The notes beneath the pieces are model-generated. The model saw only the letters and a list, made by a program, of their open reading frames with translations, was not told the DNA's origin and did no database searches. From Escherichia phage AnYang, in sequence record MK234886: DNA of 64,000 nt; one strand, 5' to 3'. Of this stretch, positions 1 through 10,954 are shown in pieces (positions within the stretch are counted from its first letter, which is position 1; each line of letters starts with the position of its first letter). Position numbers and translations under genes: made by a program.

Positions 1-1148
<1,148 letters not shown>

Positions 1149-1177
1149 ACAATAAAGCATAACCAAGAGGATTCAAA

Positions 1178-3160
1178 ATGTCTTTATTATCACCGGGCAT
1201 TGAGCTCAAAGAAACGTCCGTACAGAGTACTGTCGTTCGTAACGCAACGGGTCGTGCAGCGCTGGTTGGTAAATTCCAGTGGGGCCCTGCTTTCCAGGTA
1301 ACTCAAATTACTAACGAAGTTGAACTGGTGGATTTGTTTGGAGGTCCTAACAACGAAGTGGCAGATTATTTTATGTCTGGTATGAACTTCCTCCAGTATG
1401 GTAATGACCTTCGTACAGTTCGTGTTGTTAACCGTGAATTCGCTAAAAACGCATCTCCTATTGCAGGCAATATCGAAACCACTATTACTACGGCTGGTTC
1501 TAACTATGCAGTAGGCGATAAAATCAATATTAAATACAACCAAACCGTTGTTGAATCTGAAGGTCGTGTGACTTCTGTAGATACGGATGGTAAAATTCTT
1601 TCCGTGTTTATCCCATCAGCAAAAATTATTGCTTATGCACGTTCTTTAAACCAGTATCCTACCCTGGGTCCGGCTTGGACTGCTGAAGTAACTTCCGCTT
1701 CTTCTGGTGTTTCCGGTACTATTACCGTAGGTAAAATTGTTACGGATTCTGGTATTCTGTTGACTGAAGCAGAGAACAGTGAAGAAGCTATTACTTCCTT
1801 GGAATTCCAAGCATCTCTTAAACAGTTTGCTATGCCAGGCGTAGTTGCTCTTTATCCGGGTGAAATTGGTTCTACTTTGGAAGTTGAAATTGTTTCTAAA
1901 GCAGCTTATGATGCCGGTTCTACTAAAATGTTGGATATTTATCCAAATGGTGGTTCCCGTGCTTCTATTGCCAAGGCAGTATTTAACTACGGCCCACAAA
2001 CAGATGACCAATACGCAATTATTGTTCGTCGTGATGGCGCTATCGTAGAATCCGTCGTACTTTCCACCAAAGAAGGTGAAAAAGACGTTTACGGTAATAA
2101 CATTTATCTCGACGACTATTTCGCTAAAGGTACTTCTAACTATATTTTTGCTACCTCTTTGAACTGGCCTAAAGGCTTCAGTGGTATCATTAATCTGATG
2201 GGTGGTGTTTCTGCCAACGATAAAGTTACCGCAGGCGATTTGATGCAAGGTTGGGATTTGTTTGCCGATCGCGAAGCCCTCCATATTAACCTTTTGATTG
2301 CTGGTGCTGTTGCCGGTGAAGGTGATGAAGTTGCTTCTACCGTCCAGAAACACGTTGTTAGTATTGCTGATGAACGTCAGGATTGCTTAGCCTTTATTTC
2401 TCCTCCTAAGGGTCTTTTGGTTAACGTTCCATTGACTCGCGCAGTAGATAACCTTATTGACTGGCGTACCGGTGCAGGTACTTTCGATGCCAACAATATG
2501 AACATTAGCACCACTTATGCTGCTATTGACGGTAACTATAAATATCAGTATGACAAATATAATGACGTAAACCGTTGGGTGCCTCTGGCAGCCGATATGG
2601 CCGGTTTGTGTGCACGTACAGATGATGTTTCTCAGCCTTGGATGTCTCCGGCTGGTTATAACCGTGGTCAGATTCTTAACGTTCTGAAATTGGCAATTGA
2701 ACCACGCCAAGCTCAACGTGACCGCATGTACCAAGAAGCTATTAACCCAGTTGTCGGTTTTGCTGGTGGTGATGGTTTCGTATTGTTTGGTGATAAGACT
2801 GCAACTAAAGTTCCATCTCCGATGGACCATATTAACGTTCGCCGTCTGTTCAACATGCTTAAGAAAAATATCGGTGATGCCTCTAAATATAAACTGTTTG
2901 AATTGAACGACAACTTCACTCGTTCAAGCTTCCGTATGGAAGTTTCTCAGTACTTAGATGGTATTAAGGCACTTGGTGGGATTTATGAAGGACGTGTGGT
3001 TTGTGATACTACAGTGAACACCCCTGCGGTTATCGACCGTAATGAGTTTATTGCTAATATCTACGTTAAACCTTCTCGTTCTATTAACTACATCACGTTG
3101 AACTTCGTTGCAACGAGCACTGGTGCTGATTTTGATGAATTGATTGGACCTTTAGTATAA
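1178..3160 (+). CDS. 18: Tail sheath protein gp18
   Basis: 660 aa; N-terminus MSLLSPGIELKETSVQSTVV...KFQWGPAF closely matches T4 gp18 (659 aa); AAGAGG RBS upstream. Confidence 0.95.
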   Translation: MSLLSPGIELKETSVQSTVVRNATGRAALVGKFQWGPAFQVTQITNEVELVDLFGGPNNEVADYFMSGMNFLQYGNDLRTVRVVNREFAKNASPIAGNIETTITTAGSNYAVGDKINIKYNQTVVESEGRVTSVDTDGKILSVFIPSAKIIAYARSLNQYPTLGPAWTAEVTSASSGVSGTITVGKIVTDSGILLTEAENSEEAITSLEFQASLKQFAMPGVVALYPGEIGSTLEVEIVSKAAYDAGSTKMLDIYPNGGSRASIAKAVFNYGPQTDDQYAIIVRRDGAIVESVVLSTKEGEKDVYGNNIYLDDYFAKGTSNYIFATSLNWPKGFSGIINLMGGVSANDKVTAGDLMQGWDLFADREALHINLLIAGAVAGEGDEVASTVQKHVVSIADERQDCLAFISPPKGLLVNVPLTRAVDNLIDWRTGAGTFDANNMNISTTYAAIDGNYKYQYDKYNDVNRWVPLAADMAGLCARTDDVSQPWMSPAGYNRGQILNVLKLAIEPRQAQRDRMYQEAINPVVGFAGGDGFVLFGDKTATKVPSPMDHINVRRLFNMLKKNIGDASKYKLFELNDNFTRSSFRMEVSQYLDGIKALGGIYEGRVVCDTTVNTPAVIDRNEFIANIYVKPSRSINYITLNFVATSTGADFDELIGPLV

Positions 3161-3285
3161 TCTATTATCCCAGGCTGTAATATAAAGAACCTAAAACCAT
3201 TATACCATGTGTTTGGTTACAGCGTACATCACGTAGAATTGCGCCTGGGACTGATTATTCTTTAGGAATATGATTTATCAACTGT

Positions 3286-3293
3286 TATAAATA
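3286..3293 (+). promoter_or_regulatory. Late promoter box TATAAATA upstream of gene 19
   Basis: Exact TATAAATA in the 18-19 intergenic region. Confidence 0.55.
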
Positions 3294-3345
3294 AATTAAT
3301 CAGAACGTTCCTGGTGTGTCCAGGAACTGACTTATGAGGCATCCC

Positions 3346-3837
3346 ATGGAGTTGACAGATATCACTCGTGCATTTGAGTCAGGTGACTTTGCACGCCCTA
3401 ACCTTTTCGAAGTGGAAATTCCATTTCTCGGTAAAAACTTTAGCTTTAAATGTAAAGCAGCACCTATGCCGGCAGGCATTGTAGAAAAAGTACCGGTTGG
3501 CTACATGAACCGTAAAATTAACGTAGCTGGTGACCGTACGTTTGATGATTGGACTATTACCATTTATAACGATGATGCACATGACACTCGTCAAGCAATT
3601 GTTGATTGGCAGAATCTCTGTCATGGTATGACCAATGAAATTACGGGTGCAGCACCTGCAGAATATAAGAAACAAGCAGTAGTTCGCCAGTTCCATCGTG
3701 ACGGCAAGACTGTGACCAAAGAAGTTACAATTTACGGCTTATGGCCTACTAACGTTGGTGAAGTCCAGATGGATTGGGACAGTAACAACGAAGTTGAAAC
3801 GTTTGAAAGTACGTTCGCTATCGATTGGTGGGAATGA
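3346..3837 (+). CDS. 19: Tail tube protein gp19
   Basis: TRAFESGDFARPNLFEVEIP...WPTNVGEVQMDWDSNNE matches T4 gp19; start chosen at the second in-frame ATG (3346, GAGG RBS), which aligns with the T4 N-terminus; the ORF opens at 3334. Confidence 0.88.
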   Translation: MELTDITRAFESGDFARPNLFEVEIPFLGKNFSFKCKAAPMPAGIVEKVPVGYMNRKINVAGDRTFDDWTITIYNDDAHDTRQAIVDWQNLCHGMTNEITGAAPAEYKKQAVVRQFHRDGKTVTKEVTIYGLWPTNVGEVQMDWDSNNEVETFESTFAIDWWE

Positions 3838-3838
3838 G

Positions 3839-3846
3839 TATAAATA
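3839..3846 (+). promoter_or_regulatory. Late promoter box TATAAATA upstream of gene 20
   Basis: Exact TATAAATA about 50 nt upstream of the gp20 ATG. Confidence 0.55.
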
Positions 3847-3894
3847 GAATTATCAAGGAGCTTCGGCTCCTTATCCCATTCATCGGAGACTCTA

Positions 3895-5469
3895 ATGGCA
3901 AACTTTAATACAATATTAAGTTTTCTTAAGCCATGGGCTAATGAAGACGAAAAAGAATATAAACAACAAATTAATAACAATTTAGAGTCTGTCACCGCAC
4001 CTAAGCTTGATGATGGCGCTCGCGAAATTGAGACGCAAGAGCAAAATATTCCTTATAATGCTCTTATGCAACAGATGTTTGGTAGTAATGAGCCTGAAGT
4101 TAAAAATACCAGGGAACTTATTGATACCTACCGTAATTTAATGAATAACTATGAAGTCGACAACGCCGTACAGGAAATTGTGTCTGACGCTATTGTCTAT
4201 GAGGATGATAAAGAAGTAGTTGCATTGAATTTAGACGGGACAGAATTTAGTCAAGCAATTAAAGATAAAATCTTGGCCGAATTCAGTGAAGTTTTAAACC
4301 TTTTAAATTTCCAACGTAAAGGCACCGACCATTTCCAACGCTGGTATGTAGACTCAAGAATTTTCTTTCATAAAATTATAAACCCTAAAAAAATGAAAGA
4401 GGGCGTACAAGAGCTTCGTCGCTTAGACCCACGCCAAGTCCAATATATTCGTGAAATCGTTACACGTATGGAAGACGGTGTTAAAATTGTAGACGGATAT
4501 CGTGAGTTTTTCGTTTACGACACAGGTCATGAAAGCTATTGCGCAGATGGACGCGTTTATTCAGCCGGGACTAAAGTTAAAATTCCTCGTGCTGCTGTGG
4601 TTTATGCCCATTCAGGATTATTAGATTGTTGTGGTAAAAACATCATTGGCTATTTGCAACGTGCTATTAAGCCTGCAAACCAGCTTAAATTGATGGAAGA
4701 CGCAATGGTCATTTACCGTATTACCCGTGCTCCTGACCGTCGGGTGTTTTATATCGATACAGGTAATATGCCTTCACGTAAGGCTGCAGCACAAATGCAA
4801 CATATCATGAACACGATGAAAAACCGTGTAGTATATGATGCTTCGACAGGTAAAATTAAAAACCAACAACACAATATGTCCATGACTGAAGACTATTGGT
4901 TGCAACGTCGTGACGGTAAAGCGGTTACAGAAGTTGATACAATGCCAGGTGCTACTGGTATGAGTGATATGGATGACGTTCTTTATTTCCGCACAGCACT
5001 TTATCGTGCGCTGCGTGTTCCTGAATCACGTATCCCTAGCGAGTCTAATTCTGGTGTTATGTTTGATGCCGGTACAGCAATCACTCGTGACGAATTAAAA
5101 TTCTCTAAATGGATTCGTCAACTACAAAACAAATTTGAAGAAATTTTCCTAGACCCGTTAAAAACCAACCTCATTCTTAAAAAGATTATTACAGAAGATG
5201 AGTGGGAAAAGGAAATAAATAATATTAAAGTTACGTTTAACCGTGATAGCTATTTCAGTGAAATGAAAGATGCTGAAATCATGGAACGCAGAATCAATAT
5301 GCTAACGATGGCTGAACCATTTATTGGTAAGTACATTTCACATCAAACGGCTATGAAAGATTTCCTCCAAATGACTGACGAAGAAATTAATCAAGAAGCT
5401 AAGCAAATTGAAGAAGAGTCTAAAGAGGCTCGTTTCCAAAACCCAGATGAAGAAGAAGAGGATTTCTAA
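3895..5469 (+). CDS. 20: Portal vertex protein gp20
   Basis: 524 aa, same length as T4 gp20; long identical stretches ([49 protein letters not shown]). Confidence 0.95.
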   Translation: MANFNTILSFLKPWANEDEKEYKQQINNNLESVTAPKLDDGAREIETQEQNIPYNALMQQMFGSNEPEVKNTRELIDTYRNLMNNYEVDNAVQEIVSDAIVYEDDKEVVALNLDGTEFSQAIKDKILAEFSEVLNLLNFQRKGTDHFQRWYVDSRIFFHKIINPKKMKEGVQELRRLDPRQVQYIREIVTRMEDGVKIVDGYREFFVYDTGHESYCADGRVYSAGTKVKIPRAAVVYAHSGLLDCCGKNIIGYLQRAIKPANQLKLMEDAMVIYRITRAPDRRVFYIDTGNMPSRKAAAQMQHIMNTMKNRVVYDASTGKIKNQQHNMSMTEDYWLQRRDGKAVTEVDTMPGATGMSDMDDVLYFRTALYRALRVPESRIPSESNSGVMFDAGTAITRDELKFSKWIRQLQNKFEEIFLDPLKTNLILKKIITEDEWEKEINNIKVTFNRDSYFSEMKDAEIMERRINMLTMAEPFIGKYISHQTAMKDFLQMTDEEINQEAKQIEEESKEARFQNPDEEEEDF

Positions 5470-5735
5470 TGGAAGATTTAATCGAAGCTATTAAATCAAA
5501 CGACCTCGTAGCAGTTCGTAAAGCAGCAGCCCCGCTTATCGAATCTCGAGTAGCCGCTTTGATTGAAGCCCGTAAAGCAGAAATTGCTCGCTCCGTTATG
5601 ATTGAAGGCGAAGAAGCTGACGAAGATGACGAAGACGAAGATAAAGACGAAAAATCCGATAAAGCAGATAAGAAAGACAAAAAAGAATCTGACGATGCGG
5701 ATGAAGGTGATGATGACGACGAGGACGACGAATAA
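5469..5735 (+). CDS. 67: Prohead core protein gp67 with poly-acidic C-terminus
   Basis: [15 protein letters not shown]... followed by an Asp/Glu-rich tail, as in T4 gp67; overlaps the gp20 stop (ATGTAA-type coupling). Confidence 0.85.
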   Translation: MEDLIEAIKSNDLVAVRKAAAPLIESRVAALIEARKAEIARSVMIEGEEADEDDEDEDKDEKSDKADKKDKKESDDADEGDDDDEDDE

Positions 5736-6163
5736 TGTTCCTTATCCCTGATGATTACGAATTAACTCTAGAAAGCGTAGAGGCCAAAATTCCAGAAGCA
5801 CAGGGACGTTTTGCTGCTCTTTCTGAAGCGCTCGAGAAAAGCGATATAAATAATCTTGTAGAGAACATGATTGCTGAAGGCGATATCGAATGTGCTATCG
5901 CTCTTGGTTCTTTAAATGAATCAATGGCTCTTAACGAATTTATCGTTAAACACGTTTCCTCTAAAGGTGTGCTTACTCGTACTAAAGATATTAAAACCCG
6001 TCAACGTAACGCATTCCAAACGACCGGGTTATCTAAAGCAAAGCGCCGTCAGATTGCTCGCAAAGCATCTAAAACCAAACGTGCTAATCCATCTACTCAA
6101 GTGCGTGCTGAACGTAAGCGTAAGAAAGCCCGTTCTAAACGTAAAGCTTTTGGACTTAACTAA
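5735..6163 (+). CDS. 68: Prohead core protein gp68
   Basis: [15 protein letters not shown]... matches T4 gp68; basic C-terminus; position between 67 and 21. Confidence 0.85.
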   Translation: MFLIPDDYELTLESVEAKIPEAQGRFAALSEALEKSDINNLVENMIAEGDIECAIALGSLNESMALNEFIVKHVSSKGVLTRTKDIKTRQRNAFQTTGLSKAKRRQIARKASKTKRANPSTQVRAERKRKKARSKRKAFGLN

Positions 6164-6798
6164 TGAAACCTGAATTGCTCATCGAACATTGGGGACAACC
6201 AGGTGAAATTATCGATGGGGTTCCTATGTTGGAATCTCATGATGGAAAAAATTCTGGGCTTGCTCCCGGCCTTTATATAGAAGGCATTTTCATGCAAGCA
6301 GAGGTAGTTAACCGTAATAAACGCCTTTACCCAAAACCTATTTTGGAAAAAGCCGTTGCCGATTATATGGCAGAACAGGTTGCTACTAAACAAGCTTTAG
6401 GAGAATTAAACCACCCACCTCGTGCTAACGTTGACCCTATGCAAGCCGCTATTATTATTGAAGATATGTGGTGGAAAGGTAATGATGTTTATGGACGCGC
6501 ACGTATCATCGAAGGTGACCATGGCCCAGGTGATAAACTAGCTGCAAATATCCGTGCCGGTTGGGTTCCTGGTGTTAGTTCTCGTGGTCTTGGTTCTTTA
6601 ACCGAAACCAACAAAGGATATAAGCGTGTAAACGAAGGTTATAAATTAACCGTCGGTGTTGATGCAGTATGGGGACCATCTGCTCCTGATGCTTATGTAA
6701 CTCCAAAGCAAATTACAGAATCACAAACGGTAGAAACCGATACCAGTGCCGATGACGCCTTTATGGCTCTCGCAGAGGCCATGAAAAAAGCGTTATAA
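6163..6798 (+). CDS. 21: Prohead core scaffold protein and protease gp21
   Basis: LLIEHWGQPGEIIDGVPMLESHDGK...GELNHPPRANVDPMQAAIIIEDMWWKGNDVYGRAR nearly identical to T4 gp21. Confidence 0.95.
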   Translation: MKPELLIEHWGQPGEIIDGVPMLESHDGKNSGLAPGLYIEGIFMQAEVVNRNKRLYPKPILEKAVADYMAEQVATKQALGELNHPPRANVDPMQAAIIIEDMWWKGNDVYGRARIIEGDHGPGDKLAANIRAGWVPGVSSRGLGSLTETNKGYKRVNEGYKLTVGVDAVWGPSAPDAYVTPKQITESQTVETDTSADDAFMALAEAMKKAL

Positions 6799-6801
6799 AT
6801 A
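6794..6801 (+). promoter_or_regulatory. Late promoter box TATAAATA upstream of gene 22
   Basis: Exact TATAAATA overlapping the end of gene 21. Confidence 0.55.
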
Positions 6802-6828
6802 TTATTATCTAAACAACAGGACTACAAA

Positions 6829-7644
6829 ATGCTTAAAGAACAACTGATCGCCGAAGCACAGAATATTGATGCTTCCGTTGCTCTTGACAGTATTTTCGAA
6901 TCAGTTAATATTTCTCCGGAAGCAAAAGAAACTTTCGGCACTGTATTCGAAGCTACCGTCAAGCAACACGCCGTGAAACTGGCTGAATCTCACATCGCTA
7001 AAATCGCTGAAAAAGCGGAAGAAGAAGTCGAGAAAAATAAAGAAGAAGCTGAAGAAAAAGCCGATAAGAAAATCCAAGAAGCTGCCGGTCGTTTCCTTGA
7101 CCACGTTGCTAAAGAATGGATGGCTGAAAACCAGCTGGCTGTTGATAAAGGTATTAAAGCCGAACTGTTCGAATCCATGTTGATGGGTATGAAAGAACTG
7201 TTTGTTGAACACAATGTGGTTGTTCCAGAAGAAGCAGTAGATGTTGTTGCTGAAATGGAAGAAGAACTCCAAGAGCAGAAAGATGAAACCGCTCGTCTGT
7301 TCGAAGAAGTTGGTAAGCGCGACGCGTATATTAATTACGTACAGCGTGAAGTTGCTGTTACGGAAGCAACTAAAGACCTGACTGAATCTCAAAAAGAAAA
7401 AGTTAGTTCTCTGGTAGAAGGCATGGATTATTCCGATGCATTCGGTAAAAAAATTGGCGCTATTGTTGAAATGGTTAAAGGTCAGTCTGACGTTGAAAAC
7501 CCAATCACCGAAGCCGCTATAAATAAAAATGTAGACGATGCTGCGGCACTGAATTACATTTCAGAAGCAGTTGAAGAAAAAGGCGCTAAGCCTACCCTGT
7601 CCTTCGCGGACCTGTCTGCAATCGCAGCATCACGAATTTCTTAA
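6829..7644 (+). CDS. 22: Prohead core scaffold protein gp22
   Basis: 271 aa acidic coiled-coil-like protein in the gp22 position, length close to T4 gp22 (269 aa). Confidence 0.88.
   Translation: MLKEQLIAEAQNIDASVALDSIFESVNISPEAKETFGTVFEATVKQHAVKLAESHIAKIAEKAEEEVEKNKEEAEEKADKKIQEAAGRFLDHVAKEWMAENQLAVDKGIKAELFESMLMGMKELFVEHNVVVPEEAVDVVAEMEEELQEQKDETARLFEEVGKRDAYINYVQREVAVTEATKDLTESQKEKVSSLVEGMDYSDAFGKKIGAIVEMVKGQSDVENPITEAAINKNVDDAAALNYISEAVEEKGAKPTLSFADLSAIAASRIS
7518..7525 (+). promoter_or_regulatory. Late promoter box TATAAATA inside the 3' end of gene 22, upstream of gene 23
   Basis: Exact TATAAATA about 140 nt upstream of the gp23 ATG; T4 has an analogous promoter for gene 23 within gene 22. 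Confidence 0.5.
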
Positions 7645-7665
7645 TTTAATAAGGTTATACAACAC

Positions 7666-9225
7666 ATGAAAAAGAATGCATTAGTTCAAAAATGGTCCGC
7701 TCTGCTGGAAAACGAAGCCCTTCCTGAAATCGTGGGTGCTTCTAAACAAGCTATCATCGCTAAAATTTTCGAAAATCAGGAACAAGACATCCTGACTGCC
7801 CCGGAATACCGTGATGAAAAAATCTCCGAAGCATTTGGTTCTTTCCTGACCGAAGCTGAAATTGGTGGTGACCACGGTTATGATGCTACCAATATCGCAG
7901 CTGGCCAGACTTCTGGTGCTGTAACTCAGATTGGGCCGGCAGTAATGGGTATGGTTCGTCGTGCTATTCCTCATCTGATTGCTTTTGATATTTGTGGTGT
8001 TCAGCCTCTGAATAACCCTACCGGCCAGGTATTTGCCCTTCGTGCAGTTTATGGTAAAGACCCTATCGCTTCTGGCGCTAAAGAAGCTTTCCATCCGATG
8101 TATTCTCCAGACGCTATGTTCTCTGGTCAGGGTGCTGCTGAATCTTTCGAAGCACTGGCTGCAAGCAAAGTTCTGGAAGTTGGTAAAATTTATTCTCACT
8201 TCTTCGAAGCTACCGGTGCTGCACACTTCCAGGCTGTTGAAGCTGTAACCGTTGATGCAGGCGCTACTGATGCCGCTAAACTGGATGCTGCTGTTACCGC
8301 GTTGATTGAAGCTGGTAAGTTGGCTGAATTGGCTGAAGGTATGGCTACTTCTATCGCTGAACTTCAGGAAGGCTTTAACGGTTCTACCGATAACCCGTGG
8401 AACGAAATGGGCTTCCGCATCGACAAACAAGTTATCGAAGCTAAATCCCGTCAGCTGAAAGCAAGCTACTCTATCGAACTGGCACAGGACCTTCGTGCAG
8501 TACACGGTATGGATGCAGATGCTGAACTGTCCGGTATCCTTGCTACCGAAATTATGCTCGAAATCAACCGTGAAGTTATCGATTGGATTAACTACTCTGC
8601 ACAGGTTGGTAAATCTGGTATGACCAACACCGTTGGCGCTAAAGCTGGTGTGTTTGACTTCCAGGACCCGATTGATATCCGTGGTGCTCGTTGGGCCGGT
8701 GAGAGCTTTAAAGCCCTTCTGTTCCAGATTGATAAAGAAGCAGCCGAAATCGCTCGTCAGACCGGTCGTGGTGCTGGTAACTTCATCATCGCTTCCCGTA
8801 ACGTAGTTAACGTACTGGCTGCAGTTGATACTTCTGTAAGTTATGCAGCTCAAGGTCTGGGTCAAGGTTTCAACGTTGACACAACCAAAGCAGTATTTGC
8901 CGGTGTTCTTGGTGGTAAATATCGCGTTTACATCGACCAGTATGCACGTTCCGATTACTTCACCATCGGTTATAAAGGCGCTAACGAAATGGACGCAGGT
9001 ATCTACTATGCTCCGTACGTTGCACTGACCCCGCTGCGTGGTTCCGATCCGAAGAACTTCCAACCGGTAATGGGCTTCAAAACTCGTTACGGTATCGGTA
9101 TCAACCCGTTCGCTGACCCGTCTGCACAGGCTCCTACCAAACGTATTCAGAGCGGTATGCCTGACATCGTTAACAGCCTTGGTCTGAATGGTTACTTCCG
9201 TCGCGTATATGTTAAAGGTATCTAA
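7666..9225 (+). CDS. 23: Major capsid protein gp23
   Basis: 519 aa; long identical runs to T4 gp23 (GSFLTEAEIGGDHGY, TQIGPAVMGMVRRAIP, GSDPKNFQPVMGFKTRYGIGINPFA, FRRVYVKGI). Confidence 0.97.
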   Translation: MKKNALVQKWSALLENEALPEIVGASKQAIIAKIFENQEQDILTAPEYRDEKISEAFGSFLTEAEIGGDHGYDATNIAAGQTSGAVTQIGPAVMGMVRRAIPHLIAFDICGVQPLNNPTGQVFALRAVYGKDPIASGAKEAFHPMYSPDAMFSGQGAAESFEALAASKVLEVGKIYSHFFEATGAAHFQAVEAVTVDAGATDAAKLDAAVTALIEAGKLAELAEGMATSIAELQEGFNGSTDNPWNEMGFRIDKQVIEAKSRQLKASYSIELAQDLRAVHGMDADAELSGILATEIMLEINREVIDWINYSAQVGKSGMTNTVGAKAGVFDFQDPIDIRGARWAGESFKALLFQIDKEAAEIARQTGRGAGNFIIASRNVVNVLAAVDTSVSYAAQGLGQGFNVDTTKAVFAGVLGGKYRVYIDQYARSDYFTIGYKGANEMDAGIYYAPYVALTPLRGSDPKNFQPVMGFKTRYGIGINPFADPSAQAPTKRIQSGMPDIVNSLGLNGYFRRVYVKGI

Positions 9226-9240
9226 GATATAACCTTATTA

Positions 9241-9268
9241 TGGGAGACTTCGGTCTCCCATTCTTGTT
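9241..9268 (+). terminator. Rho-independent terminator after gene 23
   Basis: Hairpin TGGGAGAC-ttcg-GTCTCCCA followed by a T-rich run, directly after the gp23 stop. Confidence 0.7.
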
Positions 9269-9274
9269 TCTGTA

Positions 9275-9541
9275 CTATGCAATCTTAACTCGTCGATTGA
9301 TGATATCACGGAAGTCAATACGATTTTCTTGGATTTTCAGCCAGTTACCAGATTTGTCTTTGGTATGGGTAGAGTATTCACCGTTCCACCAGAAGTCAGT
9401 TTCATAAGCTAGGGCTTCGTATTTCTTAACCAATGCATTAACTGCATTACCGTTAGGATTGGTACCAAATTTTTCTACCAGAGCTTTGATGTCTTTGTCA
9501 AGGTTAGAAAGCGTGGTACGGATAAAGTTTAATTTGTTCAT
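9275..9541 (-). CDS. Hypothetical small protein (about 88 aa) between genes 23 and 24, opposite strand
   Basis: ORF with a GAGGAG RBS 7 nt upstream of the ATG at 9541; Trp-rich; T4 carries an unrelated insert (segD) at this position; no recognised homolog. Confidence 0.5.
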   Translation of the reverse strand: MNKLNFIRTTLSNLDKDIKALVEKFGTNPNGNAVNALVKKYEALAYETDFWWNGEYSTHTKDKSGNWLKIQENRIDFRDIINRRVKIA

Positions 9542-9568
9542 TTTTAATCTCCTCATGTTTTGATAGGT

Positions 9569-9600
9569 CTATAGTAACACGACGCTTTTTGTGTGTAAAC
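9569..9600 (-). promoter_or_regulatory. T4-type early (sigma70-like) promoter for the 9275-9541 ORF
   Basis: On the minus strand: GTTTACA, 14 nt spacer, TGtTACTAT (extended -10); one of six near-identical copies of this motif in the window. Confidence 0.5.
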
Positions 9601-9606
9601 CACTTT

Positions 9607-9614
9607 TATAAATA
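9607..9614 (+). promoter_or_regulatory. Late promoter box TATAAATA upstream of gene 24
   Basis: Exact TATAAATA about 30 nt upstream of the gp24 ATG. Confidence 0.6.
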
Positions 9615-9643
9615 AAATTATATTCTCAATAAGGAAAATAGCA

Positions 9644-10924
9644 ATGGCTAAAATTAACGACCTTTTAAAAGAGTCGACCACTACTTCGAGTTCTTCGATT
9701 GGTCGTCCAAATTTAGTAGCTTTAACCAGAGCTACGACCAAACTGATTTATACCGACCTTGTAGCTCAGCAGCGTACTAACCAACCTTTGGCTGCTCTAT
9801 ATGGTATCAAATATCTTACAGAAAAAAACGAATTATCTTTCCAGACAGGTGCTACTTATTCTGGTGCAGTATCCGCTAAAGACCGTGCCTCTATCCCAGT
9901 TTTCACTGCAGGTGCTGTTTACGCTAAAGATGATTTGTTCCAATTTGAAAACGTAGTTTATAAAGCTTTGGTAGCAACACCATTTGCAGGTGCTACTGGC
10001 GATGAATACGAACAACTTCAAGAAGCTATTGTTAAGTTGACTATTCGTATTATGTCCGAAGCCGCACTGACTGAGCGTTTTGAAGGCCTCCAGGATGTAG
10101 ATGTTTCTGAAGCCAAATTCGTCGTTAATAAATGGAACGCTCCAGTTAAATCCCGTAAGTTGAAGAGTACTGTTACTGTAGAACTGGCTCAAGACCTCGA
10201 AGCAAATGGTTTCGATGCCCCTAATTTCTTGGAAGACCTCCTGGCTACTGAAATGGCTGATGAAATCAACAAAGATATTCTTCAGTCCCTGGTTACGGTT
10301 TCCAAGCGTTATAAAGTTGAAGGTTTGTGTGATGACGGCTTAATTGACCTGAGTTATGCTAACTCACCGGAAGCTTCTCGCAAGCTTTATGAAATAGTTT
10401 GTGAAATGGTTTCTCATATCCAGCGCGCAACCTCTTATACAGCAACTTATGTAGTAGCGAGTACTCGCGTAGCCGCTGTTCTGGCTGGTTCTGGCTGGTT
10501 AAGACATACCCCACAGAACGATAAATATCTTTCTGCAAATGCATACGGATTCCTGGAAAATGGTTTGCCAGTGTATTGTGATACCAACACGCCAATTGAT
10601 TATGTTACTGTAGGTGTTAAAGAGGAATTTGGTGGGAAAGAAGCGGTAGGTTCTTTGTTCTATGCGCCGTATACAGAAGGCCTTGATTTGGCTGACCCTG
10701 AACATGTGGGTACATTTAAAGTGGTCGTTGACCCTGAAAGCCTGCAACCATCTATTGCATTAATGGTTCGTTATGCACTGGCTGCTAACCCTTATACGGT
10801 TACTTCTGATGATAAACAAGCCCGTATTATTGATGCGACTAATATGGATTTGATGGCGGGACGTTCTGATATGTCCGTATTGCTTGGTGTGAAACTTCCT
10901 AAAGTTTTGACTGAATTAAACTAA
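9644..10924 (+). CDS. 24: Capsid vertex protein gp24
   Basis: MAKINDLLKESTTTSSSSIGRPNLVALTRATTKLIY... and ELAQDLEANGFDAPNFLEDLLATEMADEINKDILQS nearly identical to T4 gp24. Confidence 0.95.
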   Translation: MAKINDLLKESTTTSSSSIGRPNLVALTRATTKLIYTDLVAQQRTNQPLAALYGIKYLTEKNELSFQTGATYSGAVSAKDRASIPVFTAGAVYAKDDLFQFENVVYKALVATPFAGATGDEYEQLQEAIVKLTIRIMSEAALTERFEGLQDVDVSEAKFVVNKWNAPVKSRKLKSTVTVELAQDLEANGFDAPNFLEDLLATEMADEINKDILQSLVTVSKRYKVEGLCDDGLIDLSYANSPEASRKLYEIVCEMVSHIQRATSYTATYVVASTRVAAVLAGSGWLRHTPQNDKYLSANAYGFLENGLPVYCDTNTPIDYVTVGVKEEFGGKEAVGSLFYAPYTEGLDLADPEHVGTFKVVVDPESLQPSIALMVRYALAANPYTVTSDDKQARIIDATNMDLMAGRSDMSVLLGVKLPKVLTELN

Positions 10925-10929
10925 CAAAA

Positions 10930-10947
10930 AGGGACCTCACGGTCCCT
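10930..10947. terminator. Bidirectional stem-loop terminator between gene 24 and rnlB
   Basis: AGGGACC-tcac-GGTCCCT hairpin flanked by A-run and T-run, between convergent genes. Confidence 0.65.
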
Positions 10948-10954
10948 TTATCAT

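Noticed and set aside
1646-2353. 235-aa minus-strand ORF inside the tail sheath gene
   Set aside because: Fully nested antisense to gp18; same shadow-ORF reasoning.
5600-5735. GAnGAnGAC-type repeats at the end of gene 67
   Set aside because: They encode the acidic C-terminal tail of prohead core protein gp67, in frame, as in T4.
7681-9063. 460-aa ORF on the minus strand, antisense to the major capsid gene
   Set aside because: It lies entirely inside gp23, which is near-identical to T4 gp23 on the plus strand; it has no RBS context and low-complexity Thr/Ser/Phe composition, so it is a shadow ORF of a codon-biased gene.
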